Source: Verrucomicrobiaceae bacterium (GTDB taxonomy: Bacteria; Verrucomicrobiota; Verrucomicrobiia; Verrucomicrobiales; Akkermansiaceae). From it: a stretch of 64,000 nucleotides of DNA. The notes below the pieces were generated by a model. It had not been told where the DNA came from. It did not search any database and worked only from the letters and a program-made list of their open reading frames with translations. Positions 28,307-38,635 of the stretch are shown here, in pieces (the stretch's first letter is position 1; every line of letters starts with the position of its first letter). A program made the position numbers and the translations under genes. The stretch covers positions 32,001-96,000 of the forward strand of contig JBPOGH010000008.1 in the NCBI GenBank assembly GCA_051252135.1, read 5' to 3'.

Positions 28307-29446
28307 CTACTTCGGAAACACCACCCGCTCATTCGGCTTTAGCAGCCCCTCGGGTGCCGGATGGGCCGCATCAAAAACAAACAGCTTCTCCGGCTCAACC
28401 AACCCCACCTTCCCCTCATCCGCCCGCCCCTCCTTAAGCCCGAAGTGCGTCGCCACAAACCCGTAAAGCGCCTTCCGCTTCGACACCCCGTAGTCGTGCT
28501 TCTCATCCGCAAAGTGCGCGTTCTCCACCATCCCTTCCTTCCCGTAAAACCCGTAAACCTTGCGTAAAAAAGGATACTCCAGCTCGGGAACCAACTTCGT
28601 CCAGTCATCCCCGTCGGAAATCACCAACTGCGGCTTCGGCGCAAACAACGCTGCAATCTCCGCGTTGTTCGTCACATGCGATTCCCGCACATGCACCGGC
28701 AGCCCGCTCTCACACTGGCAGCCGCCAAAAAAGTGACACGACACCATCACGCACGGCACCGATAAGCTCACCCGCTCATCCAGCGCCGCCAGCAGAAACG
28801 TCTGCGTCCCCCCGCCCGAAGCCCCCGTCACCCCCACCCGCTTCGCATCCACCCCCGGCAGCTCTAACAGAAAGTCCAAAGCCCGCACCGAGTTCCACGT
28901 CTGCAGCGCCATCACCTGCGCATCCCAGCGATGCTCCCAGCCAAGCCGCTGCGAATCCCCGTAGCCCACCATCTCGATCGCGAACACCGCGCAACCCATC
29001 CGCGCCAGCGCCCCACAGCGATACTGCATCTCATCGCGATGCCGCCCGTGCTGATGCAAGTCCTTCCCCGACCAATGCCCGTGCGTGCACAAAAATCCCG
29101 GCATCTTTCCCTCTCCCTCCGTCGGCAAATAAAGATTCCCGCACAAAAAATACCCCGGCACCGTCTCAATCCCCACATTCTCCACCGTGTAACCATCCCG
29201 CTTCACCTGCGAATGCCGCACCACCCGCATCTTCGTCCTCTTCGGCCACTCCGCGAACCCCAACCCCTCACGAATCCCCCGTCTCACCAAAGCCGCCCGC
29301 TTCTCCCATCCCGCCTCATCCTTCGCACCCTCAAGAATCTCCTCCAACTCCTTGCCCCCCTCCTCCGGACTCCGGAACTGCCCCACCCGCAACTCATCCG
29401 CACCCAGAAATGCCGGCAACAACAGAACGAGGAAAATCAACTTCAT
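28307..29446 (-). CDS. Alpha/beta hydrolase, acetylxylan-esterase-like
   Basis: HGH, RALDFL, nucleophile GASGGG, CQCE, C-terminal HDY. Confidence 0.85.
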   Translation of the reverse strand: MKLIFLVLLLPAFLGADELRVGQFRSPEEGGKELEEILEGAKDEAGWEKRAALVRRGIREGLGFAEWPKRTKMRVVRHSQVKRDGYTVENVGIETVPGYFLCGNLYLPTEGEGKMPGFLCTHGHWSGKDLHQHGRHRDEMQYRCGALARMGCAVFAIEMVGYGDSQRLGWEHRWDAQVMALQTWNSVRALDFLLELPGVDAKRVGVTGASGGGTQTFLLAALDERVSLSVPCVMVSCHFFGGCQCESGLPVHVRESHVTNNAEIAALFAPKPQLVISDGDDWTKLVPELEYPFLRKVYGFYGKEGMVENAHFADEKHDYGVSKRKALYGFVATHFGLKEGRADEGKVGLVEPEKLFVFDAAHPAPEGLLKPNERVVFPK

Positions 29447-29465
29447 CCCCCAGCCTATCAATCTC

Positions 29466-30098
29466 TCACTCACCCGCCAGCACCTTCACCCGCGCCTGAC
29501 TCTCCGCCGATAAATCATCCAGCGGATAAGCCACCCGCTTCCCGCCCTTCAGCTCAAAATCTACCTTCCCCGCCGAGAGACCGTGACACTTCGCCGTGAT
29601 CTTCTGCCCCTTCCCGTTCAACCACTCCTCCCACTCCGGCTCCTTCACCTCCGGCACATGGTCCTCACTCTCCACCATCAGCTGGCCGTTCTTAAACTTC
29701 AGAATCTTCTCCGGATCCATCTCCTGCGATCCCTTCTTCCCCTTCTCCCCCGCAATCCGCGCCCCCTCATAAATCCACTGCGCCACAATTTTAATCTCCT
29801 CCTCCGTCAGCGGATCCCCCTTCCCCTCCGGCGGCATCGCCCCGTCATCCTTCTGCGGCAGCACCACCGAAACAAAAAGATAACTCGCGTCCCAGTCGCC
29901 CGGAATCACCACATCATTCTTCGCAAACCGTTTGTAAAATGCCTCTTCGTCATCCAGCCGCAACCCGCCCTTCACCTTCTTCGCCTCATCACTGTGACAA
30001 TCGTAACACTTCTTCTTAAAGATCGGCATCACGTCCCGCTTGTAGTCCAGCGCCGAAGCCTGAAACGCCGTCACCACCATCAAAAGAAACACTCTCAT
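29466..30098 (-). CDS. Planctomycete-type cytochrome c domain + C-terminal SHD1-like domain
   Basis: DVMPIFKKKCYDCH..GGLRLD..MPP..WIYEGA; W.N..G..I.A..L..LS..Q tail. Confidence 0.82.
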   Translation of the reverse strand: MRVFLLMVVTAFQASALDYKRDVMPIFKKKCYDCHSDEAKKVKGGLRLDDEEAFYKRFAKNDVVIPGDWDASYLFVSVVLPQKDDGAMPPEGKGDPLTEEEIKIVAQWIYEGARIAGEKGKKGSQEMDPEKILKFKNGQLMVESEDHVPEVKEPEWEEWLNGKGQKITAKCHGLSAGKVDFELKGGKRVAYPLDDLSAESQARVKVLAGE

Positions 30099-30189
30099 CA
30101 AGCCGATACCTACCCCCTCCACCCCCTCACGTAAAGACCACGATTCTCCCTCCATGACAGGAGCACCCCCTCCGGAACGTTCCCTCCCC

Positions 30190-31008
30190 ATGCGCACCCT
30201 CCTCCTTCTCTTCCTCTCCACCTTCCTGTCAGCAGCCGATACCACCATCTGCACCTTCAACATCCGCTTCGCCGCCAAAAGCGATAAAGACCTCCGCGCC
30301 TGGACCGCCCGCCGAAATCTCGTCGCCGCTACCATCAAGGACCTCAACCCCGACATCCTCGGCCTCCAGGAAGTCCTCGCCTCCCAACTCAACGACCTCA
30401 CCACCGCCCTCCCCCACTACGCCCCCCTCGGCGTCGGCCGCGAGGACGGCAAAACCAAAGGCGAATTCTCCCCCATCCTCTACCGCAAGGACACCTACAC
30501 CCTCATCGACCACGGCACCTTCTGGCTCTCCGACACCCCCGATGTCCCCGGCTCCATGACCTGGGATAACGTCTGCGAGCGCATCTGCACCTGGGCCAAT
30601 CTCAAACGCAAATCCGACGGCAAGCTCTTCGCCGTCTACAACACCCACTGGGACCACCGCGGCCAACAGTCCCGCCTCAAGTCCGCCGACCTCATCCTTT
30701 CCCGACTCAAAAAATCCCCCGACTCCCAACTCATCCTCATGGGCGATTTCAACGCCACCGAGACCAACCCCGCCCTCCAAAAACTCACCGCCCACGGCCT
30801 CACCAACGCCTACCTCTCACTCCACCTCGACAACCAAAATCGCAACACCTTCCATCCCTGGAACGGCCACACCAAAGGCCAGGGCACCATCGACCACATC
30901 TTCCTCTCCGGCTCCCCCACCATCAAAAAATCCTGGATCGACCACACTCAGATGAAAACCATGTGGCCCTCCGACCACTTCCCCGTCGCCACCATCCTCG
31001 CCGATTAA
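30190..31008 (+). CDS. Endonuclease/exonuclease/phosphatase family protein, secreted
   Basis: TFNIR, GLQE, NTHWD, MGDFN, IDHIF, PSDHFPV. Confidence 0.92.
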   Translation: MRTLLLLFLSTFLSAADTTICTFNIRFAAKSDKDLRAWTARRNLVAATIKDLNPDILGLQEVLASQLNDLTTALPHYAPLGVGREDGKTKGEFSPILYRKDTYTLIDHGTFWLSDTPDVPGSMTWDNVCERICTWANLKRKSDGKLFAVYNTHWDHRGQQSRLKSADLILSRLKKSPDSQLILMGDFNATETNPALQKLTAHGLTNAYLSLHLDNQNRNTFHPWNGHTKGQGTIDHIFLSGSPTIKKSWIDHTQMKTMWPSDHFPVATILAD

Positions 31009-31066
31009 AAAAAACGACGCCCCCTCCCGGAGACGCCGCTTTCAACACACGAAAGTGATTCCCGTC

Positions 31067-32245
31067 CTAGTCCCGCTCCCTCCTCTTCCCCGTCTTGAAG
31101 AGAACCAGCGCGCCCACTACCGCAGACAGAAACGAGCCCGCCAAAATCCCCAGCCGGGCTTCCACCGCGTAGTCAAATCCCGCACTCCCCTCAAAGGCCA
31201 GCGACCCGATGAACAAACTCATCGTAAAGCCCACCCCGCACAGAATCGCGAGCCCATAGAGCTGACTCCAGCTCACCCCCGTTGGAAGCTTCGCCAACCC
31301 GGACTTCACCGCCAGCCAACTCGCCCCAAACACCCCCACCTGCTTGCCCAGGAAAAGTCCCAGCGCAATCCCCAGCGGCACCGGCTGCATCAGCGCCTCC
31401 AGCGACAACCCCACCAACGGAACCCCCGCGTTCGCAAATGCAAACACCGGCAATATCGCAAAGACCACCCACGGATGCAGCGCATGCTCCAGCGCCCCCG
31501 CCGGCCCCTTCTTCTTACAACCCATCGGAATGAACGCCGCCAACGCCACCCCGGCCAGCGTCGCGTGCACCCCCGACTTCAACACCGACACCCACAGCAT
31601 CACCCCAATCACCAAATACGGCCCCAACGACCTCACCCCGAAGCGATTCAACATCAGCAACAGGAAAAGAAAAATCGACGCACTCAACAACGCCCCCATC
31701 GATAGCTGATGCGTGTAAAAGAGCGCGATGATCACAATCGCCGCCAGATCATCAATCACCGCCACCGAGGTCAGCAAAATCTTCAGCGCCACCGGCACCC
31801 GACTCCCCAACAACGCCAGAATGCCCAGCGCAAAGGCAATATCGGTTGCCGCCGGAATCGCCCACCCGTTCAGACGCAAGCTGTTGTCCGAGTTGAACCA
31901 ATAATAGATCAAGGCCGGCACCACCAGCCCACCCAAGGCCGCAATCAAGGGCAACACCACCTTCCGAATCTCGGAAAGCTCGCCCCACAAAAGCTCCCGC
32001 TTCAGCTCCAGACCCACCAACAAAAAGAAGACCGCCATCAACCCGTCGTTGATCCAAAGCAGCAGCGGCTTATCAATCACCACCGCACCCACGCCCGCCA
32101 CCGCCTTCGTTTCCAGCAAGGCCGGATACCACGCCACTCCCGCGTTGCTCACTCCCAGAGCCAGCACCGTCGCGATCATCAGCAACACACCCGGAGCCGC
32201 CTCGTGATGAAGCAGCCTCCACAAGTTGTCAAAACGCTCCTTCAT
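31067..32245 (-). CDS. nhaA: Na+/H+ antiporter NhaA
   Basis: WINDGLMAVFF..GLELKRE, GWAIPAATDIAFA, VIDDL, KSGVHATLAGV, GVGFTMSLFI. Confidence 0.96.
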   Translation of the reverse strand: MKERFDNLWRLLHHEAAPGVLLMIATVLALGVSNAGVAWYPALLETKAVAGVGAVVIDKPLLLWINDGLMAVFFLLVGLELKRELLWGELSEIRKVVLPLIAALGGLVVPALIYYWFNSDNSLRLNGWAIPAATDIAFALGILALLGSRVPVALKILLTSVAVIDDLAAIVIIALFYTHQLSMGALLSASIFLFLLLMLNRFGVRSLGPYLVIGVMLWVSVLKSGVHATLAGVALAAFIPMGCKKKGPAGALEHALHPWVVFAILPVFAFANAGVPLVGLSLEALMQPVPLGIALGLFLGKQVGVFGASWLAVKSGLAKLPTGVSWSQLYGLAILCGVGFTMSLFIGSLAFEGSAGFDYAVEARLGILAGSFLSAVVGALVLFKTGKRRERD

Positions 32246-32369
32246 GATGACGTCGCCAGGTTCAGGTGACCGAAATGATGACCAGCCGGATACGCTCCCG
32301 CCATCCCCCGCCCATCTGCTTCCTTGACTTCTTTTCGCGCTCCCTCATTCATAGTTGAGCGGACAGTAT

Positions 32370-32415
32370 CGCGAAACCCAATACGCGCAACAGAAAGCGC
32401 GACATTTTTTTCATG
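32370..32415. promoter_or_regulatory. Phased candidate operator array (CGCG, CGCG, CGCG, CATG at 14 bp period)
   Basis: Tetramers start at 32370, 32384, 32398, 32412 with A/T-rich spacers, between divergent nhaA and the regulator. Confidence 0.5.
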
Positions 32416-32417
32416 TT

Positions 32418-32711
32418 ATGGAAAACAGCAAATCATCCCCATCCTCCAACTGGAGCTTCCTCACCAACCACACCCACGTCCTCGTGTGCTTATCCCGGGA
32501 TAACACCATCACCGTCAGACAGTTGGCCATCCTGATCGGGATCACCGAGCGCTCCGTCCAGCGCATCCTCAACGAGCTCGAAGCCACCAACGCCCTCACC
32601 CGCCACCGCGTCGGGCGCCAAAATACCTACGAGATCAACCTCGGCCTCCAGCTCCGCCACCCCCTCGAGCAGGACAAAACCATCGCCGATCTTCTGAAGG
32701 CGATCAGTTGA
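32418..32711 (+). CDS. Small winged-helix transcriptional regulator
   Basis: WSFLTNHTHVL, IGITERSVQRIL, RVGRQNTY, LRHPLE. Confidence 0.85.
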   Translation: MENSKSSPSSNWSFLTNHTHVLVCLSRDNTITVRQLAILIGITERSVQRILNELEATNALTRHRVGRQNTYEINLGLQLRHPLEQDKTIADLLKAIS

Positions 32712-32738
32712 ACGATCTTCTTAAGGCGATCAGCTAAA
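32687..32738 (+). repeat. 26 bp tandem duplication of the regulator's 3' end
   Basis: CGATCTTCTGAAGGCGATCAGTTGAA then CGATCTTCTTAAGGCGATCAGCTAAA. Confidence 0.8.
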
Positions 32739-32742
32739 CGTC

Positions 32743-34947
32743 CTACTCCGGCACCGGCACTTCCTTCTCCAGAAGCTCCAAAAGATAACCCGGCGTCAGC
32801 ACCTCCGGCGTAATCGTCGGCTCATCCTTCCCCGGCACATACAGCGCATTCACCGGAATCGCCGTCCGGTCCAGCTTCGCCAGCGCCGCCTCAATATCCG
32901 GGCTCGGCTTCGTCTTGTCCGCCCGCAGCAAAAGCACCTTCCGCTCTTTAAACGCCTTCTTCACCTCATCCGTATAAGCCGTCTTCTTGTTCACCTGACA
33001 CGTCAGGCACCACTTCGCCGTGAAATCCACAAACACCGGCTGACCCTCGTCCAAGGCATCCGCCACCGCCTGCTCGGACCACTCACCCCACTTCAGCCCG
33101 TCTTCCGCCACCGGCCGCGACGCATAAAGCCCGCCCGCCAACAGAACCAGCGCAATCCCCAGTCCAATCTTACGCGTCCTCGGCACCCGGTGCGGCGCAA
33201 ACCAACGCCCGTATACCCAGGCCGCCGTCGCAATCAGCGTCAGCCCAATCACGATCGACAACCCGTGAAAGGAATCATTCAAGTCCATGTAAACCCACAA
33301 CAGGAACCCCGCCGTCCCAAACAACAGAAAGGACATCCCCTGCTTAAAGCTCTCCATCCACGCACCCGGACGAGGCAACTTCTTCACCAGATTGGGAAAG
33401 ATCGAGAGCACCAGATAAGGCGCGCCCAAGCCCAACGCCATCGCCGTAAAGGCCATCATAAACTCCACCGGCGGCAACTTCACCGCCAAGCCGATCGCCG
33501 GCCCCAGAAACGGAGCCGAACACGGAGTCGCCACCACCGTCGCCAGCACTCCCGAGAAAAACGTCCCCGCCAAGCCACTCTTCGACTGCAGCCCGGATCC
33601 CACACTCGTCGCACTCACCCCGATCTCGAACAGCCCGAACATGCTCAGTCCCAGCACCAGCATGATCAGCAGGAGCGCCCACACCATATACGGATTCTGC
33701 AGCTGGTATCCCCAGCCCACCGCTTCCCCGCCTCCATCCAGCGCCGCTTCCCGCAGCACCAATAGAATCCCCGCAATCACCCAAAAGGACACCAGCACCC
33801 CCAGCACAAACATCAGCCCGTGCACCACGATCTTCTTCTTGTCCTCACCCGCCTGATTCACAAACCCCATGATCTTGAGCCCGATCACCGGGAACACACA
33901 GGGCATCAAATTCAAAATCAATCCACCCACAAACAACGCCCCAAACGTCCCCAGCAACGCCCCCACACTCACCTGCTCATAAAGATCCGAGCGGTCCGCC
34001 TCACCCACTGCCACATTCGCCACCACCAGGGCCTCCACATCCCGCTCCTGCTCCCAGCCACTCTCCGCCGCCAAAATCCCCCGCAAATCCTTCAGCTCAA
34101 ACCCCTCGTTCTCCTCCTCACCCTTGTACTTCGGCACCACCAGTCGATAGCCCGACTCCGTCTTCTCCAGCTTCTGCTCCCCCTTCTCATCCGTCACATA
34201 TTTCTGCTCCGCAAAAAAGTAAACCCCCTCCGGATCTTCCACCGCCATCGCCCCCGGCGTCAGCTCAAAATAGTAATTCGATCCCGCATCCTTCACCACC
34301 AGCTCCCACGCCTCCGACTCCTTCGCCGTCTGACCCAAGGCCAATTCAATCTCCTCATACAGATCACTCGCCTCCGGCAACTCCGCCGCCACCACCGTCA
34401 CCGACATCGGAAAACGCGACATCAACCCCGGCTCCTGCACGCACACTTCCTTGCAAATCTGCCACGCCGCCGACCCCTTGATCTCCACTTCCGTCCCCAG
34501 CGCAACCTCCGCTGGCGGCGAAATCTCCGTTAAAAAATAATTCACCCCCTCATACGCATAAGTCGTCTCCGTCAAAAACGGCGTCACATGCGGAATCGGA
34601 AAAACCAACTCCCCCGCACTCCAGCCCTCCGGCAACTCCCACTTCACATCCGGCGCATTCCCCGTCGCCCCCGGGTTCAAATAATACGAATGCCACTCCT
34701 TCGGATGATCCAGCTTCAACGCCACCCAAAACGGCTCCCCCGGCTTAAACGCCTTCACCTCACTCACCACCGACGCAATCGTATAATCCCGCTCCTCACT
34801 CTTCTCAAAATTCGCCGAAAACGGATCCTCCGCAGGCATCTCCTCCACCACAGCCTCCCCCGGTGGCACCGCATACTTGTCATCAAACGGATCCACATCC
34901 GCGTGGGTCAACCCAAGGCCAATGGCCAGAAAAAGGAGCGCTCTCAT
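32743..34947 (-). CDS. dsbD: Thiol:disulfide interchange protein, DsbD-like
   Basis: N-domain CKEVC, TM domain MPCVFP and ATPCSAP, thioredoxin WCLTC. Confidence 0.88.
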   Translation of the reverse strand: MRALLFLAIGLGLTHADVDPFDDKYAVPPGEAVVEEMPAEDPFSANFEKSEERDYTIASVVSEVKAFKPGEPFWVALKLDHPKEWHSYYLNPGATGNAPDVKWELPEGWSAGELVFPIPHVTPFLTETTYAYEGVNYFLTEISPPAEVALGTEVEIKGSAAWQICKEVCVQEPGLMSRFPMSVTVVAAELPEASDLYEEIELALGQTAKESEAWELVVKDAGSNYYFELTPGAMAVEDPEGVYFFAEQKYVTDEKGEQKLEKTESGYRLVVPKYKGEEENEGFELKDLRGILAAESGWEQERDVEALVVANVAVGEADRSDLYEQVSVGALLGTFGALFVGGLILNLMPCVFPVIGLKIMGFVNQAGEDKKKIVVHGLMFVLGVLVSFWVIAGILLVLREAALDGGGEAVGWGYQLQNPYMVWALLLIMLVLGLSMFGLFEIGVSATSVGSGLQSKSGLAGTFFSGVLATVVATPCSAPFLGPAIGLAVKLPPVEFMMAFTAMALGLGAPYLVLSIFPNLVKKLPRPGAWMESFKQGMSFLLFGTAGFLLWVYMDLNDSFHGLSIVIGLTLIATAAWVYGRWFAPHRVPRTRKIGLGIALVLLAGGLYASRPVAEDGLKWGEWSEQAVADALDEGQPVFVDFTAKWCLTCQVNKKTAYTDEVKKAFKERKVLLLRADKTKPSPDIEAALAKLDRTAIPVNALYVPGKDEPTITPEVLTPGYLLELLEKEVPVPE

Positions 34948-35029
34948 CGTTGCGATCATGTAACATCTAGAGCCCCACCCGCCGATTCTATTCCCACGAA
35001 GATTCCTCAAATTCTCACGTATCCCCACC

Positions 35030-36538
35030 ATGCCCCGATTTCTCCTCCTCATTCTCACCCTCTTCTTCCTTCAGAGTTCATCTTCACTGTTCGCTCTTCA
35101 GAGTTCATCCCGGCCCAACGTCATCCTCTTCGTCACCGATGACCAATCCCCCGTCGCCGGCTGCTACGGAAATGACATCATCAAAACCCCGCACCTCGAT
35201 GCCCTCGCGGCCGATGGCGTCCGCTTCACCCACGCCTTCGCCACCACCGCCTCCTGCTCCGCTTCCCGCTCCGTCATCCTCACCGGGCTCCACAACCACT
35301 TCAACGGACAATACGGCCACACCCACGCCTTCCACAAATTCGACTCCTTCCGCTCCATGCGCGCCTTCGCCCTCCCGCCTCTCATGACCCAGGCCGGATA
35401 CCGCACCGCCCAAATCGCCAAACTCCACGTCGCCCCCCAATCCGTCTTCGAGTTCCAGCAATACCTCAATGCCAACTCCCGCAACGCCCGCGCCATGGCC
35501 GACGCCTGCCAACCCCTCATCGCCGAAAAATCCGACCAACCCTTCTTCCTCTACTTCTGCCCCTCCGATCCCCACCGCGGCGGCGGAACCGACCAATCAT
35601 TCCCCGGCAAACACAAGCCCGACCTCTTCGGCAACCTCCCCAACAAACAATCCCACAAAGGCGTCACCGAAGTCTTCTATGATCCCGCCGACGTCATCGT
35701 CCCCCCCTTCCTCCCCGACACCCCCGAGTCCCGCGCCGAGATCGCCCAATACTACCAATCCTGCTCCCGCATCGATGACGGCCTCGGCCGACTCATCGAA
35801 ATCCTCAAAGCCGCCGGCCAATACGAGAACACCGTCATCATCTTCACCGCCGACCACGGCATGGCCTTCCCCGGTGCCAAAACCACCATCTACGAGGCCG
35901 GCCTCCGCGTCCCCTTCATCGTCCGCGACCCCCGCGCCCCAAAACGCGGACTCGTCAACAAAGCTCTCATCTCCCACGCCGATATCACCCCCACCATCCT
36001 CGACCTCGCCGGCGCCTACGACCCCAAGAAAAACAAACCCACAAAACCCCTCTCCTTTGAAAAAGGCGGAGTCGGTGAAAACGACGGCAAGCCCCCCAAG
36101 CGCTACCACGGCCGCTCCTGGCTCTCCATCCTCCACCAAACCAACCCCGACGGCTGGGACCAAATCATCGGATCCCACACCTTCCACGAAATCCAAATGT
36201 ACTACCCCATGCGCGCCATCCGCGATCGCCAATACAAGTTCATCTGGAACATCGCCCACCATCAACCCTACCCCTTCGCCTCCGACCTCTGGATTGCCGC
36301 CACCTGGCAGGCCCAATGGGAAAAAGGCCCCCAGGCCCCCTACGGATCACGCACCGTCGACTCCTACATCCACCGACCCCAGTTCGAGCTCTACGACATC
36401 TCCTCCGACCCCCACGAAACCCGGAACCTCGCCACCCTCCCCCAACACACCGCCCTCCTCAAAACCTACCAGGACAAACTCAAAGCCGCCCAAAAACAAA
36501 CCAACGACCCCTGGATCCTAAAATGGAAGTACGAATAA
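35030..36538 (+). CDS. Sulfatase (N-sulfoglucosamine sulfohydrolase-like)
   Basis: RPNVILFVTDD, CSASR..LTG, DPHR, DHG, ELYD..DP.E..NLA. Confidence 0.92.
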   Translation: MPRFLLLILTLFFLQSSSSLFALQSSSRPNVILFVTDDQSPVAGCYGNDIIKTPHLDALAADGVRFTHAFATTASCSASRSVILTGLHNHFNGQYGHTHAFHKFDSFRSMRAFALPPLMTQAGYRTAQIAKLHVAPQSVFEFQQYLNANSRNARAMADACQPLIAEKSDQPFFLYFCPSDPHRGGGTDQSFPGKHKPDLFGNLPNKQSHKGVTEVFYDPADVIVPPFLPDTPESRAEIAQYYQSCSRIDDGLGRLIEILKAAGQYENTVIIFTADHGMAFPGAKTTIYEAGLRVPFIVRDPRAPKRGLVNKALISHADITPTILDLAGAYDPKKNKPTKPLSFEKGGVGENDGKPPKRYHGRSWLSILHQTNPDGWDQIIGSHTFHEIQMYYPMRAIRDRQYKFIWNIAHHQPYPFASDLWIAATWQAQWEKGPQAPYGSRTVDSYIHRPQFELYDISSDPHETRNLATLPQHTALLKTYQDKLKAAQKQTNDPWILKWKYE

Positions 36539-36544
36539 CCCCGT

Positions 36545-36908
36545 ACAAATTAGGGCTCATACCCCCAATTGGACCGGCTGCCCCCCCTTCAATTCCCAAA
36601 CCATCACCCAAGCCCTCCCCAACCAAGCCCAAGGAAAGGCGATCTCCGTATCGCCCCCCAACCCAGCCCCCCAACCCAGCTCTTCAAATTCAGATGTTAA
36701 ATGTTCAGTGTTAAATGTCCCCCCAACCCATCTGCGTAAATCTTCTTAATCTGCGGATCACCCCCCCAACCCAAGTTTCTTATTTTCTGCGCTTTCTGTG
36801 GTATAAAAAACTCCCCAGCCCAAGCCCCCTCAACCAAGATTCGAGTTCCGTCCCCTCAACCAAGCCTTCAACGTTCAAAGTTCAGCGTTCGATGTTCAAC
36901 GTTCAAGG
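36545..36908. repeat. Mosaic of short tandem repeats and hairpins between convergent genes
   Basis: Heptamer runs at ~36683-36720 and ~36866-36908 (TTCAACG-type), ATCTGCG unit 36729-36759, nonamer TTCTGyG, hairpin GGCGAT..ATCGCC. Confidence 0.75.
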
Positions 36909-36911
36909 CCC

Positions 36912-38456
36912 CTAGGCCTTAGAGATCCCCCGCCTCCCCGCCTCCACCACATAGGTCGCCGCCTTCCGCGTCGTCCCTCCCAACTGCGTCACCTGATCCG
37001 TCATCATAAAGTCCGCCCGATACTCCTTCGGCGTCAGCGTGCACAGAAGATACCCACGACGATTATTGTGATACTTGATGCAAGGATTGTAAGCCTGAAA
37101 CTTCTCGAAATCTTTCATCATATCACTCCCATCACCCCCACTCGAAAGCGACGTCGCCACAAACTCCGCCGCCACCAGCGCCTCCTCCGGCTTCCGGTCA
37201 TCCACCCGAAGCTCATTCGCCCAAGCCTTGTGCACATCCCCCGTCAGCACCACCGGATTGAGCAACTTGCGCTCCCCTAAAAAGCGCATCAGCGACTCCC
37301 GCTCCGCCGCGTAACCGGCCCACGAATCCATCGAATAATACGGTGGCCCGTCCGCCTTCTCAAACCCGTGCATCCCCATCATCACCTGCTGCGCCATCAC
37401 ATCCCACACTGCTTGCGATTGCGTAAGCCCCTCAAGCAGCCACCCCTTCTGCTCCTTCCCCAAAAGAGTGTTCTTCTCCGATAACGCCGCCGCATTCAAC
37501 GGATCCCGCCCGTCCCCGTTCGGCTGATCCGTCCGATACTGCCGCGTGTCCAGCACATGCAGCTCCGCCAAACGACCAAACGACGCCCGCCGATAAAGGT
37601 CCATCCTCGGCCCACTCGGCAACGAGCTCTCCCGCAGCGGCATCATCTCATAATACGCCTGATACGCATTCGCCCGCCGCACCAACAGATTGATCGGATC
37701 CACCCCCTTCCGCTCCGAAACATCATTCGCATAGTTGTTGTCCACCTCGTGATCGTCCCACGTCACCATCCACGGACACACCGCATGCATCCCCTGCAAA
37801 AGAGGATCCGTCCGATACAGCGAATATCGAATCCGATAGTCATCCAGCGAGTGCGTCTCCGGCCCCAACGTCCTCCGAATCTTCCCGTTCGTCCCCGCCG
37901 CATACTCATAAAGGTAGTCCCCCAAATGGAACACCAGATCAGGCGCATCCGCCATCATCTGCTCATATGCCGTGAAAAATCCCTGCTCCCAATTCTGACA
38001 AGACGTCGCCACAAAGCGCAGCTCATTCGGCATCGCATCTCGCGCCGGCATCGTCCGCGTCCGCCCCACCGCACTCGTCGCCGCCCCACAATGGAACCGA
38101 TAATAAAACCAACTGTCCGCCTCCAACCCCTCCGGCGTCACATGCACCGAGTGCCCCAACCTGGGCGCCGCAACCGTCGTCCCACTCTGCACAATCTTCG
38201 CAAATCCCTCATCCTCCGCCACCTCCCACCTCACCCGTACCGACTCATAAGGCATCCCTCCACCCGGCACGAGAGGCGATGGCGCCAGCCGCGTCCACAA
38301 CACCACCGAATGATGATCCGGATCACCCGATGCCACCCCCAACGAAAACGGATCGCTCGCAAACTTCGGAGCCTCCTTACCCTCATCCCCCCGCCCCAAA
38401 TAAGGAACCGCCGCCAAAGAACCCGCATAAGAAAGAAAAAGCCGTCTCGAAGTCAT
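36912..38456 (-). CDS. phoD: Alkaline phosphatase D, Tat-exported
   Basis: SRRLFL Tat motif, GVASGDP, SCQ, HLGDYLYE, WDDHEVDNN, LDTRQYR, TGDVH. Confidence 0.95.
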   Translation of the reverse strand: MTSRRLFLSYAGSLAAVPYLGRGDEGKEAPKFASDPFSLGVASGDPDHHSVVLWTRLAPSPLVPGGGMPYESVRVRWEVAEDEGFAKIVQSGTTVAAPRLGHSVHVTPEGLEADSWFYYRFHCGAATSAVGRTRTMPARDAMPNELRFVATSCQNWEQGFFTAYEQMMADAPDLVFHLGDYLYEYAAGTNGKIRRTLGPETHSLDDYRIRYSLYRTDPLLQGMHAVCPWMVTWDDHEVDNNYANDVSERKGVDPINLLVRRANAYQAYYEMMPLRESSLPSGPRMDLYRRASFGRLAELHVLDTRQYRTDQPNGDGRDPLNAAALSEKNTLLGKEQKGWLLEGLTQSQAVWDVMAQQVMMGMHGFEKADGPPYYSMDSWAGYAAERESLMRFLGERKLLNPVVLTGDVHKAWANELRVDDRKPEEALVAAEFVATSLSSGGDGSDMMKDFEKFQAYNPCIKYHNNRRGYLLCTLTPKEYRADFMMTDQVTQLGGTTRKAATYVVEAGRRGISKA

Positions 38457-38635
38457 CCCCCAACCCTACCCACCCCAACCCCATCACCACAGACCAAAGT
38501 TCCCCTCCCACCCAAAGCAGGGACCTTTCGCCATAAAGGCCCGGCTGCTTCCACCCCGATTCCCCCCAAAAAAGAAACTCTCTTCCCAACCGCTTCTCTC
38601 CAGACAGAACCACCAGCCACATTCGCCTCCATCCC

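Noticed and set aside
31009..31045. Terminator between the EEP gene and nhaA
   Set aside because: A-run is present but the stem pairs poorly; not confident enough to call
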